A stretch of 64,000 nucleotides of DNA from Macrostomum lignano (lineage: Eukaryota): positions 62,001 to 126,000 of the forward strand of contig NIVC01002866.1 of the NCBI GenBank assembly GCA_002269645.1. Direction: 5' to 3'. A model generated the notes under the pieces. It was not told where the DNA came from. It searched no databases and saw nothing but the letters and a program-made list of their open reading frames with translations. The first letter of the stretch is position 1; each line of letters starts with the position of its first letter. The translations under genes and the position numbers were made by a program. This document shows, piece after piece, positions 14,320 through 25,927 of this stretch.

Positions 14320-15218
14320 ACACACACTCACTCACTCACTCACTCACTCACTCACTCACTCACTCACTCACTCACTCACTCACTTACTTACTCACTCACT
14401 CACTCACTCACTCACTCACTCACTCACTCATTCACTCACTCACTTACTCACTCACTCACTCACTCACTCACTCACTCACTTACTCACTCACTCACTCACT
14501 CACTCACTCACTCACTCACTCACTCACTCACTCACTCACTCACTTACTCACTCACTCACTCACTCACTTACTCACTCACTTACTCACTCACTCACTCACT
14601 CACTCACTCACTCACTCACTCACTCACTCACTTACTCACTCACTCACTCACTCACTCACTCACTCACTCATTCACTCACTCACTCACTCACTCACTCACT
14701 CACTTACTCACTCACTCACTCACTTACTCACTCACTCACTCACTCACTTACTCACTCACTTACTCACTCACTCACTCACTCACTCACTCACTCACTCACT
14801 CACTCACTCACTCACTCACTCACTTACTCACTCACTCACTCACTCACTCACTCACTCATTCACTCATTCACTCACTCACTCACTCACTCACTTACTCACT
14901 TACTCACTCACTCACTCACTCACTCACTCACTCACTCACTCACTCACTCACTCACTCACTCACTCACTCACTCACTCACTTACTCACTCACTCACTCACT
15001 CACTCACTTACTCACTCACTCACTCACTTACTCACTCACTCACTCACTCACTCACTCACTCACTCACTCACTCACTCACTCACTTACTCACTCACTCACT
15101 CACTCACTCACTTACTCACTCACTCACTCACTCACTCACTTACTCACTCACTCACTCACTCACTTACTCACTCACTCACTCACTCACTCACTCACTCACT
15201 CACTCACTCACTCACTCA
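14320..15218. repeat. (CACT)n microsatellite with TACT variants
   Basis: Direct reading. Source of the spurious THSL ORFs. Confidence 0.97.
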
Positions 15219-15931
15219 GTATTTTATCACTGCGCATAAATTTATTTCCATCATCTCTCAGTCTCACACCGCAGTATTGCCTTCTGGCCACCAGGAAACG
15301 GCGAAGCGACCCTCATCTCATGGAAGTGAGGCAACAAAAAGAAGACAAGAACAGGGCAGCGAGGTAGCAAAGAGATGGGGCGGTCCCTGTGCCATCAATG
15401 CCAGAAAGAAATTGTGCATCTCCGCTGTATGAAAAGAATTCTTATAGTAAATATCCACTGTTGACTGAGTACAGAGCACGCGAGAGCCCACAGCCAGTTC
15501 GCTAAGATTGACCAGTTGTCACCCTGCACCCCTCCAGAGGTACCCTGACTCTCTCACCCCACTGTACAGCCCGAGTTTCTCGTCCGACTGGAGGAAAGGA
15601 GGCAGAGAGAGTCGGAGGGTTGAGCCCAACAACCCCAACACCCCTCAAGCCTCTCGGCCGAAAAATTCCAACACACACTAAAACACGTGCCGGCAGTTGA
15701 GCGTGTGAGCAGCTTGCTAGCGACTCACCTGCTGAGCTCTCACTGCAGTTGAGTTCACTTATAGTTTTGCGCGTCTCTGCAAACCTTGCACTGCACCTTT
15801 TTCTCAGTCTGTTGCCCGTCCCAGTCAGAGTTCTTCAGATCTTGATTTTAAACTTTGTCGGCCTCAATACACTTTAAATTCGTACAGTATACTTTTTAAT
15901 TTGCCATTTATTAAGGCTGTTTAAAAGCAAC

Positions 15932-18900
15932 ATGTCGACAGAATCTGAGCAGGAGAAGAAGCAGGCTGAAGCTGAAGAATCCAAAGGGGAACGGCAAGGA
16001 CTGTTTGAGTAAGTGGAGTGGTCATCTCACAGATTTCAGTCACACTGTGTCACTTTGTCTCATACTGTCATAACTGATGTGTCACACTGTCTCATACTGT
16101 CATAGCTGAGATGTGTCACACTGTCTCATACTGTCATAGCTGATGTGTCACACTGTCTCATACTGTCATAGCTGATGTGTCACACTGTCTCATACTGTCA
16201 TAACTGAGATGTGTCACACTGTCTCATACTGTCATAACTGAGATGTGTCACACTGTCTCATACTGTCATAGCTGATGTGTCACACTGTCTCATACTGTCA
16301 TAGCTGAGATGTGTCACACTGTCTCATACTGTCATAGCTGATGTGTCACACTGTCTCATACTGTCATAGCTGAGATGTGTCACACTGTCTCATACTGTCA
16401 TATCTGACGTGTCACACTGTCTCATACTGTCATAACTGAGATGTGTCACACTGTCTCATACTGTCATAGCTGATGTGTCACACTGTCTCATACTGTCATA
16501 ACTGAGATGTGTCACACTGTCTCATACTGTCATAACTGAGATGTGTCACACTGTGTCACATTGTTAAACAGCAGCTGTGTCACACTATTTCAGATTGGTA
16601 AACAGCAGATGTGTCACACTATGTCACATTGTTAAACAGGAGATGTGTCACACTGTGTCACATTGTTAAACAGGAGATGTGTCACACTGTCTCATACTGT
16701 CATAACTGAGATGTGTCACACTATGTCACATTGTTAAACAGGAGATGTGTCACACTATGTCACATTGTTAAACAGGAGATGTGTCACACTATGTCACATT
16801 GTTAAACAGGAGATGTGTCACACTATGTCACATTGTTAAACAGGAGATGTGTCACACTATGTCACATTGTTAAACAGGAGATGTGTCACACTGCCATTAG
16901 CTACGTGTCACTGCGGCACTGTCATCATTTTGAATATCTGATAAGCACAATGAGCTTGTGTATGAATCGTATTTATTCGGATTTACTACAGAACAAAGTC
17001 AATCTCTTTTTCCGTTAAAAATTCTTTTAGAAGCACCGGCGTCTACGCGCGCCCCTTCTGGGCCTGGCTGGTGCTGGCCTGCGCTGCCACCAATGTCATC
17101 TTCTTGGGCGGCAAGCGGCGCGCCTTCGGGGTCTTCGTGGCGCAGCTGCACGTGGAGTTCAACCAGACCGTGTCCTTGGCAGAGCTGAACTGGATTGGTC
17201 AGTGACTACTTCGACACCTGACTGCTCCTCTGATTCCGCCCCTGATCCCCCTGATTTCGCTCCTGATCCCCCTGATTCCGCCCCTGATCCTCCTGATTCC
17301 GCCCCTGCTCCCCTGATTCCGCCCGTGATCCCCCTGATTCCGCCCCTGCTCCCCTGATTCCGCCCCTGATCCCCTGATTCCGCCCCTGCTCCCCTGATTC
17401 CGCCCCTGCTCCCCCTGATTCCGCCCCTGATCCCCCTGATTCCGCCCTGATTCCGCCCCTGCTCCCCTGATTCCGCCCCTGATCCCCCTGATTCCGCCCT
17501 GATTCCGCCCCTGCTCCTCTGATTCCGCCCCTGATCCCCCTGATTCCGCCCCTGCTCCCCTGATTCCGCCCCTGCTCCTCTGATTCCGCCCCTGATCCCC
17601 CTGATTCCGCCCCTGATCCCCCTGATTCCGCCCCTGATCCCCCTGATTCCGCCCCTGATCCCCTGATTCTGCCCATGTGCTCAATGGTCATTCAGATAGT
17701 CATAGCAGTAACAGTGCGACAAAATTCTCTTGTTGAAATTTTATAACCAGGCTGCAATTACTTTTCAGCCTATAGCAGAGACTTTTACCTCAGTCTCGGT
17801 CGGAAATTTGATGCTAAAGCGCACATTAATTACATAGAATCCAATAATCACTTGACATTTTCTTGTATAGCCTGTCCCTGCTCCATGTAAGTGTGACCCA
17901 CTCTGTGGTGACCAAGCATTCTGCTCTGATAGGCTGTAAATAGTTGACAGAACACAAAACACTTTGGCCCAAAGTACCAGTGAATATTGCACATAAATTA
18001 CAAATTGGGACGGAAAAACCTATAAGTAAGTATTACTCGTAGGAAAGAATGCTGGTCAGAAAACAGCGGTCTCTATTGATAAAACACAAGATTAGAAAAC
18101 GGCCGATTAGAAAACAGCCGGTTAGAAAACAGCCGGTTAGAAAACAGCCGGTTAGAAAATGGCCGATTAGAAAACGGCCGATTAGAAAACTGCCAATTAG
18201 AAAACAGCCGATTAGAAAACAGTTCAAATAGAAAACAGCACCGAACTCACTGAATTCCAGGCGACAGCTACGCGGCCGTGGGCTACATGACCACCACCCT
18301 GAGCAGCACGGTCATTCTCATGTCCGGGCGCCGGTTCCGGATTTTCCAATTCGCCGGTTCCGCATTCGTGCTGCTGGCCTGCATCAGCTCGGCCTATGTT
18401 CCGAATCCGCACTGGCTCTTCCTCTCTCACACAGTGTTCCACGGAATTGGCAGCTCCTTCATCCTGAGCGTGGTTGGACTCATTGTGAACGAGTACTTTG
18501 ACAAGCAGCACAATTACCACATCCTGGCTACCACTCTCGTGTCTGGCGGATCCATAGCTTCTATTGTATTCGTCCAGATGTACGCTTCGCTCATTGAAGC
18601 GTACAATTGGCGAAATGCCTTCTTAGTTTTGGGCGCCATCTATTTTGTGGTAAACATGTCCGGAGTGATCTTCTTTGCCAAGAGGCCCGGGCTGGGAGAC
18701 TATGTCAGCAACAAGAGCTGCGTGACGGCAGTGGCTCAGGTACGTTTGGCTCCTTGGTGTTCTTGTACCCCTGGTGTACCCCTGATCACTCAGCTACCAA
18801 ACCCCAATCACTCAGCTACCATGCCCCAATCACTCAGCTACCATGCCCTAATCACTCAGCTACCATGCCCCAATCACTCAGCTATCATGCCCCAATCACT

Positions 18901-20153
18901 CAGCTACCATGCCCCAATCACTCAGCTACCTTGCCCCAATAACTCAGCTACCAAACCCCAATAATCAGCTACCAAACCTGAATCACTCAGCTACCACACA
19001 CCAATCACTCAGCTACCACACACCAGTCACTCAGCTACCACACACCAGTCACTCAGCTACCAAACCCCAATCACTCAGCTACCACACACCAATCACTCAG
19101 CTACCACACACCAATCACTCAACTACCAAACCCCAATCACTCAGCTACCACACACCAATCACTCAGCTACCACACACCAATCACTCAGCTACCACACACC
19201 AATCACTCAGCTACCACACAACAATCACTCAACTACCAAACCCCAATCACTCAGCTACCACACATCAATCACTCAACTACCACACACCAGTCACTCAGCT
19301 ACCACACACCAATCACTCAGCTACCACACACCAATCACTCAGCTACCACACACCAATCACTCAGCTACCACACACCAATCACTCAGCTACCAAACCCCAA
19401 TCACTGAGCTACCAAACTCCAATCACTCAGCTACTGCACCCCCTGACTAGCAGTAAATTGACCCGCATTCAGATTGACAGGAAGCGGGCTCCCTACTTGG
19501 TGCTGTGGTTCATTGACCGCATCATGACCAGCGTGGTGACCTACGGCATGCTGCTAAACCTGGCCGACTACGTTCGTCGCAGGGAGAGCAGCCTGACGAA
19601 AGCCTCCTACCTCACCCTGCTGTTCGCGTCTGGCGAGGCCAGCACCTACCTGCTGGGCGCCCTCATAACGGCCTTCACCCGAGACCTGTTGCACAACAAG
19701 CTCAAGTGGATCCTCATTGGCTGCACAGCTGTCATGGCCAGCCTGCTGGTGGTGTGGGAGCTGTTTGCCGCGGACCGGATGCTCAGCAACTTTCTGGCCT
19801 TCTTGACCGGCTTCACCATGGGGCCAAGCATCACGTTCCTGTTCCCGGCTGGAGAGGAGCTCACATCTCTGCCTGGTCACTATGCCTATCCCTTTAGCCT
19901 GGCTGGCATGGGAGTTGGCATGGCAATCTCCCCGGCGCTCACAGCCCTGATCGCTGAGCGCAACAACTATCGTTGGTTCTTCCTGATCCAAGCTTTCATG
20001 ATGTACATCAAGCTGGCCGCTCTGATCATCAACGTGGTGCTGCAGCGGTGCTGCGGCGTTGAGCAGTCCGAAATTGACGGCTACCGCTCCATCGAGCTGG
20101 ACAGCGAAGAGAAGAGGAAGGCAGATGAGGCGGCGGAGGAGGCGGCGCATTGA
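15932..20153 (+). CDS. SLC16/monocarboxylate-transporter-like MFS protein; exons 15932-16008, 17031-17197, 18261-18739, 19473-20153
   Basis: Phases 2, 1 and 0 match across GT-AG junctions. WAWLVLACAATNVIF.GG.RRAFGVFVAQLHVEF resembles MCT TM1. HGIGSSFILSVVGLIVNEYFDK...ATTLVSGGSIAS and YNWRNAFLVLG resemble the MCT TM4-6 signature (YF.KRR.LA.G, GWR..FLILG). About 12 hydrophobic segments. Confidence 0.88.
16035..16892. repeat. 32-34 bp minisatellite GTCACACTGTCTCATACTGTCATAGCTGAGATGT shifting to a 34 bp GTTAAACAGGAGATGTGTCACACTATGTCACATT variant
   Basis: Direct periodicity in SLC16 intron 1. Confidence 0.93.
17220..17670. repeat. 20-21 bp CCCTGATTCCGCCCCTGATCC array; a second 15 bp GATTAGAAAACAGCC array lies at 18055-18238 in the same intron
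   Basis: Direct periodicity in SLC16 intron 2. Confidence 0.92.
18785..19435. repeat. 22 bp AATCACTCAGCTACCACACACC array
   Basis: Direct periodicity in SLC16 intron 3. Confidence 0.93.
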
Positions 20154-21351
20154 TTGGATTGGATATCGGGGACTGCTGGGGTAGTCAGATGCCAGTTTTA
20201 AATTGAAAACCAAAATTTTGCTTTTCGAATTGAAAGTTAATGTTCTCACCTTTCTGGACTTGCAAATATCATGCGGGAAGCAAAAGTGACCAAATAGTGA
20301 AAAATATCAGCTTAGGGACCCGGGTCTGCGAAAGTTGCCAGCCGGAAAGTTGCCTAAACTAATTATATATACTTTAGCTTTCATAAACCTTCCGGCTGGC
20401 AACCTTCCGGCTGGCAACCTTCCGGCTGGCAACCTTCCGGCTGGCAAAGCTCGTGCTCCCCTAAATTTGATGAAATAAGAGTTCAGAGGCCTGTAGCTTA
20501 TAATGCCCCCTTAATTATGCATGCGCTTTTTGAAATTCCAGGTGAGAAAAGCGCCCATGCAAGAAACCGAAAATGTTTTTTCCTGAGTAGTCGCGAATTT
20601 GGGCTTTCAAAAAGGGAATTTTGAAATTAATTTTGACCTCATCAATTTGGTATATGCGCTTCGGCTAAAAGACAACTGGGGGACAAGTTTAAATATCGAG
20701 TCGTTCTAGAAGCGTCCCATTGTCTCTACTCGTATAAGTAGGCTCGAAACCGAATTCAATTGTCTGCTGACTTCTGCAACATCTCGGATGCGCGACTCTG
20801 GGACGCTTCTTAATCCTGGTTTATGTTTTTGCTGAAGGATAACAGGTGCTCCAATTTTTATAGAATATTTTCTGCTCGAATCTCAGCCTCCCGTTCTCTT
20901 CATCAACCGCCCCTTGCGCCGTGATCCTTCTCGATTTTATCCTAACTGCATTCTAAAAATATTATCATACATGCTTTAGCTCCTTAATGTAGCCTTTTAA
21001 ATTCCCACGGTTAAGCTGTTCGCTATATAATATATTGATTTGAAATTGAATTCATTTTGTTTGTCTGCTGTACGCCAGAAAGATTCCGAAGACGCACTTA
21101 ACTGTTCTTTTTAACCTGTATCACATGTCAGCTCGTAATGATACATTGCTTATTGAAGTATATCATTAATAATAATTAATCTTATCAAAACGTTTATTCT
21201 GTACGTCTGGGTAAAAATTGTTTTCAAACGAACTTCATTCAAAGTTTGCGAGTTCACTGCACATTTCACTAGAAAGTAACGAAATGAACTCAAAATATGA
21301 CGGGAATACGACTGAATGTAAATAATACTCAAGTCTGCGATATTCACATCA

Positions 21352-21677
21352 CTCTCTCTCTCAGACACTAGATCAGCCACAGCATTCAGACTGCCACTCT
21401 CAGACACTCAGCCACAGCATTCAGACTGCCACTCTCAGACACTCAGCCACAGCATTCAGACTGCCACTCTCAGACACTCAGCCACAGCATTCAGACTGTC
21501 ACTCTCAGACACTCAGCCACAGCATTCAGACTGCCACTCTCAGACACTCAGCCACAGCATTCAGACTGTCACTCTCAGACACTCAGCCACAGCATTCAGA
21601 CTGTCACTCTCAGATACTCAGCCACAGCATTCAGACTGCCACTCTCAGACACTCAGCCACAGCATTCAGACTGCCAC
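21352..21677. repeat. 35 bp CTCTCAGACACTCAGCCACAGCATTCAGACTGCCA array
   Basis: Direct periodicity just past the arrestin stop. Confidence 0.95.
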
Positions 21678-21702
21678 CGGCCACTGTCTCCATCTGAGCA
21701 CG

Positions 21703-24700
21703 TCAAGCGAACACCCCCGTCGCGTCCTCCTCCCTCAGCCGCTGCAGCAGGCTCTCCTCATAGCTTGGCGGAGCACTTGGCTCAGCCGCAGACGACGCAG
21801 CGGCTCCGGCGCTCTGGCGCCGCTCCGATCGAATCATCGCCGGCGGCGGAGCCGACGGTCTCGGCGGCGGCTCGCGGCGATTCGTCTCGGCGGAAGCGGC
21901 AGTTCCAGCCGGCGAAACCAGTTGGTTAGTGCCGATGACAATTGGCTCTTCTAGTAGCACCATCGACTGCTCAGGCTTGTCCAGCTTCTGTCCCGTTAGG
22001 AGAGTCTGGACAACGGGTTCGAGGCTCGCCACTGGGTGCAGGTCCGGCGTCACAGAGCATATGACCTGAAAGCGTTGCAGGCAGGACATTGCTTTTGAGA
22101 GAGCGAAATTTGAGCGAAATTTTTTAGCTCGTAGGGATCGCTGATTGGCTGGGATCGCTGATTGGCTGGGATCGCTGATTGGCTGGGATCGCTGATTGGC
22201 TGGGATCGCTGATTGGCTGGGATCGCTGATTGGCTGGGATCGCTGATTGGCTGGGATCGCTGATTGGCTGGGATCGCTGATTGGCTGGGATCGCTGATTG
22301 GCTGGGATCGCTGATTGGCTGGGATTACTGATATGACGTAGATATTATTTATAATTGCATATGCAGTTTGTCGCGTTTTGTTTTATCTATGGACTAAATG
22401 AAGCTGCAAAACAGGCTTGGGTTAAAAGCCCGCTGTGAGAACTGTGAAATAAAAAAGAAATAAGAGCAAGACTAAGAACCTTGGAGCAGCGTAAAAGTCT
22501 GCTATGATATCAGCACTAATAATTAACGCCTTAAGCATATTGAAGTAACCTGAAAACATAACAATTACTGATTGGCTAGGATCGCTGATTGGCTGGGATC
22601 GCTGATTGGCTGGGATCGCTGATTGGCTGGGATTTCTGATTCGTTGGTATCGCTGATCGCTGATCGCTGATAGAATGCAGTCATATTTGCGAAGGGCGGC
22701 TGCCTAAAACCATATTTGTTCTGTGTAGCTTATATAAGAATTTTCGTTCCCACGCGTATGCTCGTGTTTAAAATAAAAAGACAGACAGTGAAGGCGTTCG
22801 CTTCACTTTTCTCTCGCCCGCTTCTGCGGGCCCAAAGGCATGGCCATTGCCTCGGCTGGGCTGTAGAACCGCAGCAGCCTGGGCCCAGAAATACCGTGCT
22901 TCGAATTCAATTCTTTGCTATCCGACGTGAGCAGAAGGTACAGGCAGGACGCAAAATCCTACCTGTTAAAGTTGAGATCGCTGATTGGTTGGGATCGTTG
23001 ATTGGTTGGGATCACTGATTGGTTGGGATCGTTGATTGGTTGGATCGCTGATTAGTTGAGATCGACGATTGGTTGGATCGCTGATTGGTTGGGATCGCTG
23101 ATTGGCTGGGATCGCTGATTGGCTGGGACCGCTGATTGGCTGGGATCGCTGATTGGTCAAAATCGCTGATTGGTTGGGAATCACCTGATACATCTAATAT
23201 TCCCAGGAGGGCTTTGGGCACCCTGTCGAACAACCAGCAATCCAATGCAATTCTGCCCAGGGGTCGTTGGCGCGAGCGTCAGACATCACCTGAATCCAAT
23301 AGCTAATTCTCAGCAGACGGCAGCTGCCAGGCACAGGCGCGGTGGCCACCCACGGCACAGTCAGCTGGACGGCGTCCTCCAGCAGCGAGGCGCCCGGCTT
23401 CAGCCGCTCCTGCAGCCGGCAAATCTGCACAGCCGTCCGATGCTCCTTCCGAGCGGCTGGGCCGCCTCCCTCCGCCGCTGCCGCCCGCATCACTGCCTTC
23501 TGCGTGAGGCTGATCCGCACCGAGTCCAGCCTCAGCTTGGTGTTGTTCCGCACCTCCACCTCGAGGCTCATTGACTCGCCAATAGCGAAGCCGCGCTTGT
23601 GCGCCAGCAGGCGGACCGTGGCGAGGCCCAGGCCGTCCAGGCGCTGGCGCTGCTCAGGGACTGAAGCCGCGCCTCTGCGAGGTGGACATGCCCTAGTCAT
23701 CAGTTCTTTGGTTTCCCTAGTCCCTCTTCCCTAGTCCCTTTTTCCTAGTCCCTCTTCTCTCGTCCCTTCTCCCTCGTCTCTTTTCCCTCAGTCTCTTTTC
23801 CCTAGTCCCTTTTCCCTAGTCCCTTTTCCCTAGTCCCTTTTCCCTAGTCCTTCTTCCCTAGTCTCTTTTCCCTGGTCCCTCTTCCCTAGTCCCTTTTCCC
23901 TAGTCCATCTTCCCTAGTCCCTTTTCCCTAGTCCATCTTCCCTAGTCCCTTTTCCCTAGTCCCTTTTCCCTAGTCCCTTTTCCCTAGTCCTTTTTCCTAA
24001 GTCTCTTCTCCCTCGTCTCTTTCCTCCCTAGTCTCTTTTCCCTCGTCTCTTTCCTCCCTAGTCTCTTTTCCCTAGTCCCTCTTCCCTAGTCTCTCCTCCC
24101 TGTCCCTTTTCCCTCGTCTCTTTTCCCTAGTCCTTTTCCCTAGTCCTTTTCCCTAGTCCCTTTTCCCTAGTCCCTTTTCTCTAGTCCCTCTTCCCTAGCC
24201 CTTTTCCCTAGTCCTTTTTCCCTAGTCTATTTTCCCTAGTACCTCTTCCCTATTCTCTTTTCCCTCGTCTCTTTTCCCTCGTCCCTCTCACTAGTCTCTT
24301 TTCCCTAGTCCCTTTTCCCTAGTCCTTCTTCCCTAGTCTCTTTTCCCTCGTCTCTTTTCCCTCGTCCCTCCTCCCTAGTCTCTTTTCCCTAGTCCCTTTT
24401 CCCTAGACCCTCTTCCCTAATCCCTTTTCCCTAGTCCCTTTTCCCTAGTCCCTTTTCCCTAGTCCCTCTTCCCTAGTCCCTTTTCCCTAGTCCCTTTTCC
24501 TTAGTCCTTCTTCCCTAGTCTCTTTTCCCTCGTCTCTTTTCCTTCGTTCCTCCTCCCTAGTCTCTTTTCCCTAGTCTTTTTTTCCTAGACCCTCTTCCCT
24601 AATCCCTTTTCCCTAGTCCCTCTTCCCTAGTCCCTTTTCCCTAGACCCTCTTCCCTAATCCCTTTTCCCTAGTCCCTCTTCCCTAGTCCCTTTTCCCTAG

Positions 24701-25927
24701 TCCTTCTTCCCTAGTCCCTCTTCCCTAGTCCCTCTTCCCTAGTCCCTTTTCCCTAGTCCCTCTTCCCTAGTCCCTTTTCCCTAGTCCCTCTTCCCTAGTC
24801 CCTCTTCCCTAGTCCCTCTTCCCTAGTCCCTCTTCCCTAGTCCCTCTTCCCTAGTCCCTCTTCCCTAGTCCCTCTTCCCTAGTCCCTCTTCCCTCACAAG
24901 TATTTGCGATCAAATAAGCATCAATCTCACCTGCTCGTGGACTGCTGCCAGTGGCCCCAGACCTCAATCGGCTGCCATAGTTGGCCCCCATCGCCGCCGC
25001 CTGGCTGCAGATTCAAGTCCACCCGGCCAATAACAGTGACTGGCAGGCTGAGGCAGCTCGCTTTGCCAGGGTTGCCCCTGTCAGCCAGGGCTGTCAAACT
25101 GTAATTAATTATTGATCCGTGCGAGCTTGGCAGTCTATCTGGCAGATGCAGCTCGAATGGCAGTTTGTACAATCTACCTTTGGTTAGGGAGCCTCTGTCT
25201 AATAGCACCTGACTGTGGCTTAGGTAGGTCTGGCTGTCGCGGTAGATGGTCGATGAAGCTGCCGACTTTGCCTGCCATCATGGGATTTTGCAATCGGGAT
25301 TTCAGTTATGCATCAGCTTCAGATTTTTGCTAGCAATTTTCTACTCAATATCATTTTATATCATGCTTCTTCTTTTGCTCTCGTGCTCTTTTGCTTTATG
25401 TCATGTCAATCTCATGCTCTACTGTACATCATAATTCATCTCATCCTCTACGTCATGCTTCATCTCATGCTCTTTATCATGCTTCATCTCATGCAGTATA
25501 TCATGCTTCATCTCATGCTCTACATCATGCTTCATCTCATGCTCTACATCATGCTTCATCTCATGCTCTACATCATGCTTCATCTCATGCTCTATATGCT
25601 CTATTATGCTTCATCTCATGCTCTACTATATCTATCCCATCTCACTGCTCAATCTCAATTTTCATTCACAGGTACACGTATCTTCTAGTCTCTATCTGTA
25701 AAAAGGGAATTCCCAAGAAAGCAACGGACTAATACCTGTGCAGCCTGAGTAGCTGTACCCGAGGCGTCAATTTCCACTCGTCCGCCTCCATACAGGTGCA
25801 CAACAATTCGAGCAAATGATAAGTCCTTCTTCGTTTTGAGCAATAAATCACCTTTTAGAGCGTCCCCAGACAGGTGGGGCCCGTCCTTGGCCAGCTGGAT
25901 ATCGAAAGTGTCAAACTGGTTGCTCAT
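21703..25927 (-). CDS. Alpha-arrestin (ARRDC/TXNIP-type), ~426 aa; exons 25927-25736, 25271-24931, 23674-23290, 22065-21703
   Basis: Arrestin_N-like (LSGDALKGDLLL, IVVHLYGGGRV, YKLPFELHLPDRLPSSHGS.INYSLTA); Arrestin_C-like (GFAIGESMSLEVEVRNNT, LLRISYWIQV, EPIVIGT); C-terminal PPSY motif. Phases 0, 2 and 0 are consistent. Confidence 0.92.
22135..23172. repeat. 17 bp GGGATCGCTGATTGGCT repeat in three clusters (22135-22325, 22567-22640, 22975-23172)
   Basis: Direct reading in arrestin intron 3. Confidence 0.92.
23715..24893. repeat. 14-15 bp pyrimidine-rich CTT(T/C)CCCTAGTCCC array
   Basis: Direct periodicity in arrestin intron 2. Confidence 0.95.
25440..25625. repeat. 24 bp CATGCTTCATCTCATGCTCTACAT array
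   Basis: Direct periodicity in arrestin intron 1. Confidence 0.9.

Noticed and set aside
14178-15432. 353-aa and 381-aa THSL-repeat ORFs (also 12062-12440)
   Set aside because: Microsatellite without stop codons; not coding.
22800-22962. Extra arrestin exon after the minus-strand acceptor TTTAACAG|
   Set aside because: Stops in all three frames within ~20 codons; exons 3 and 4 already join in phase 0.
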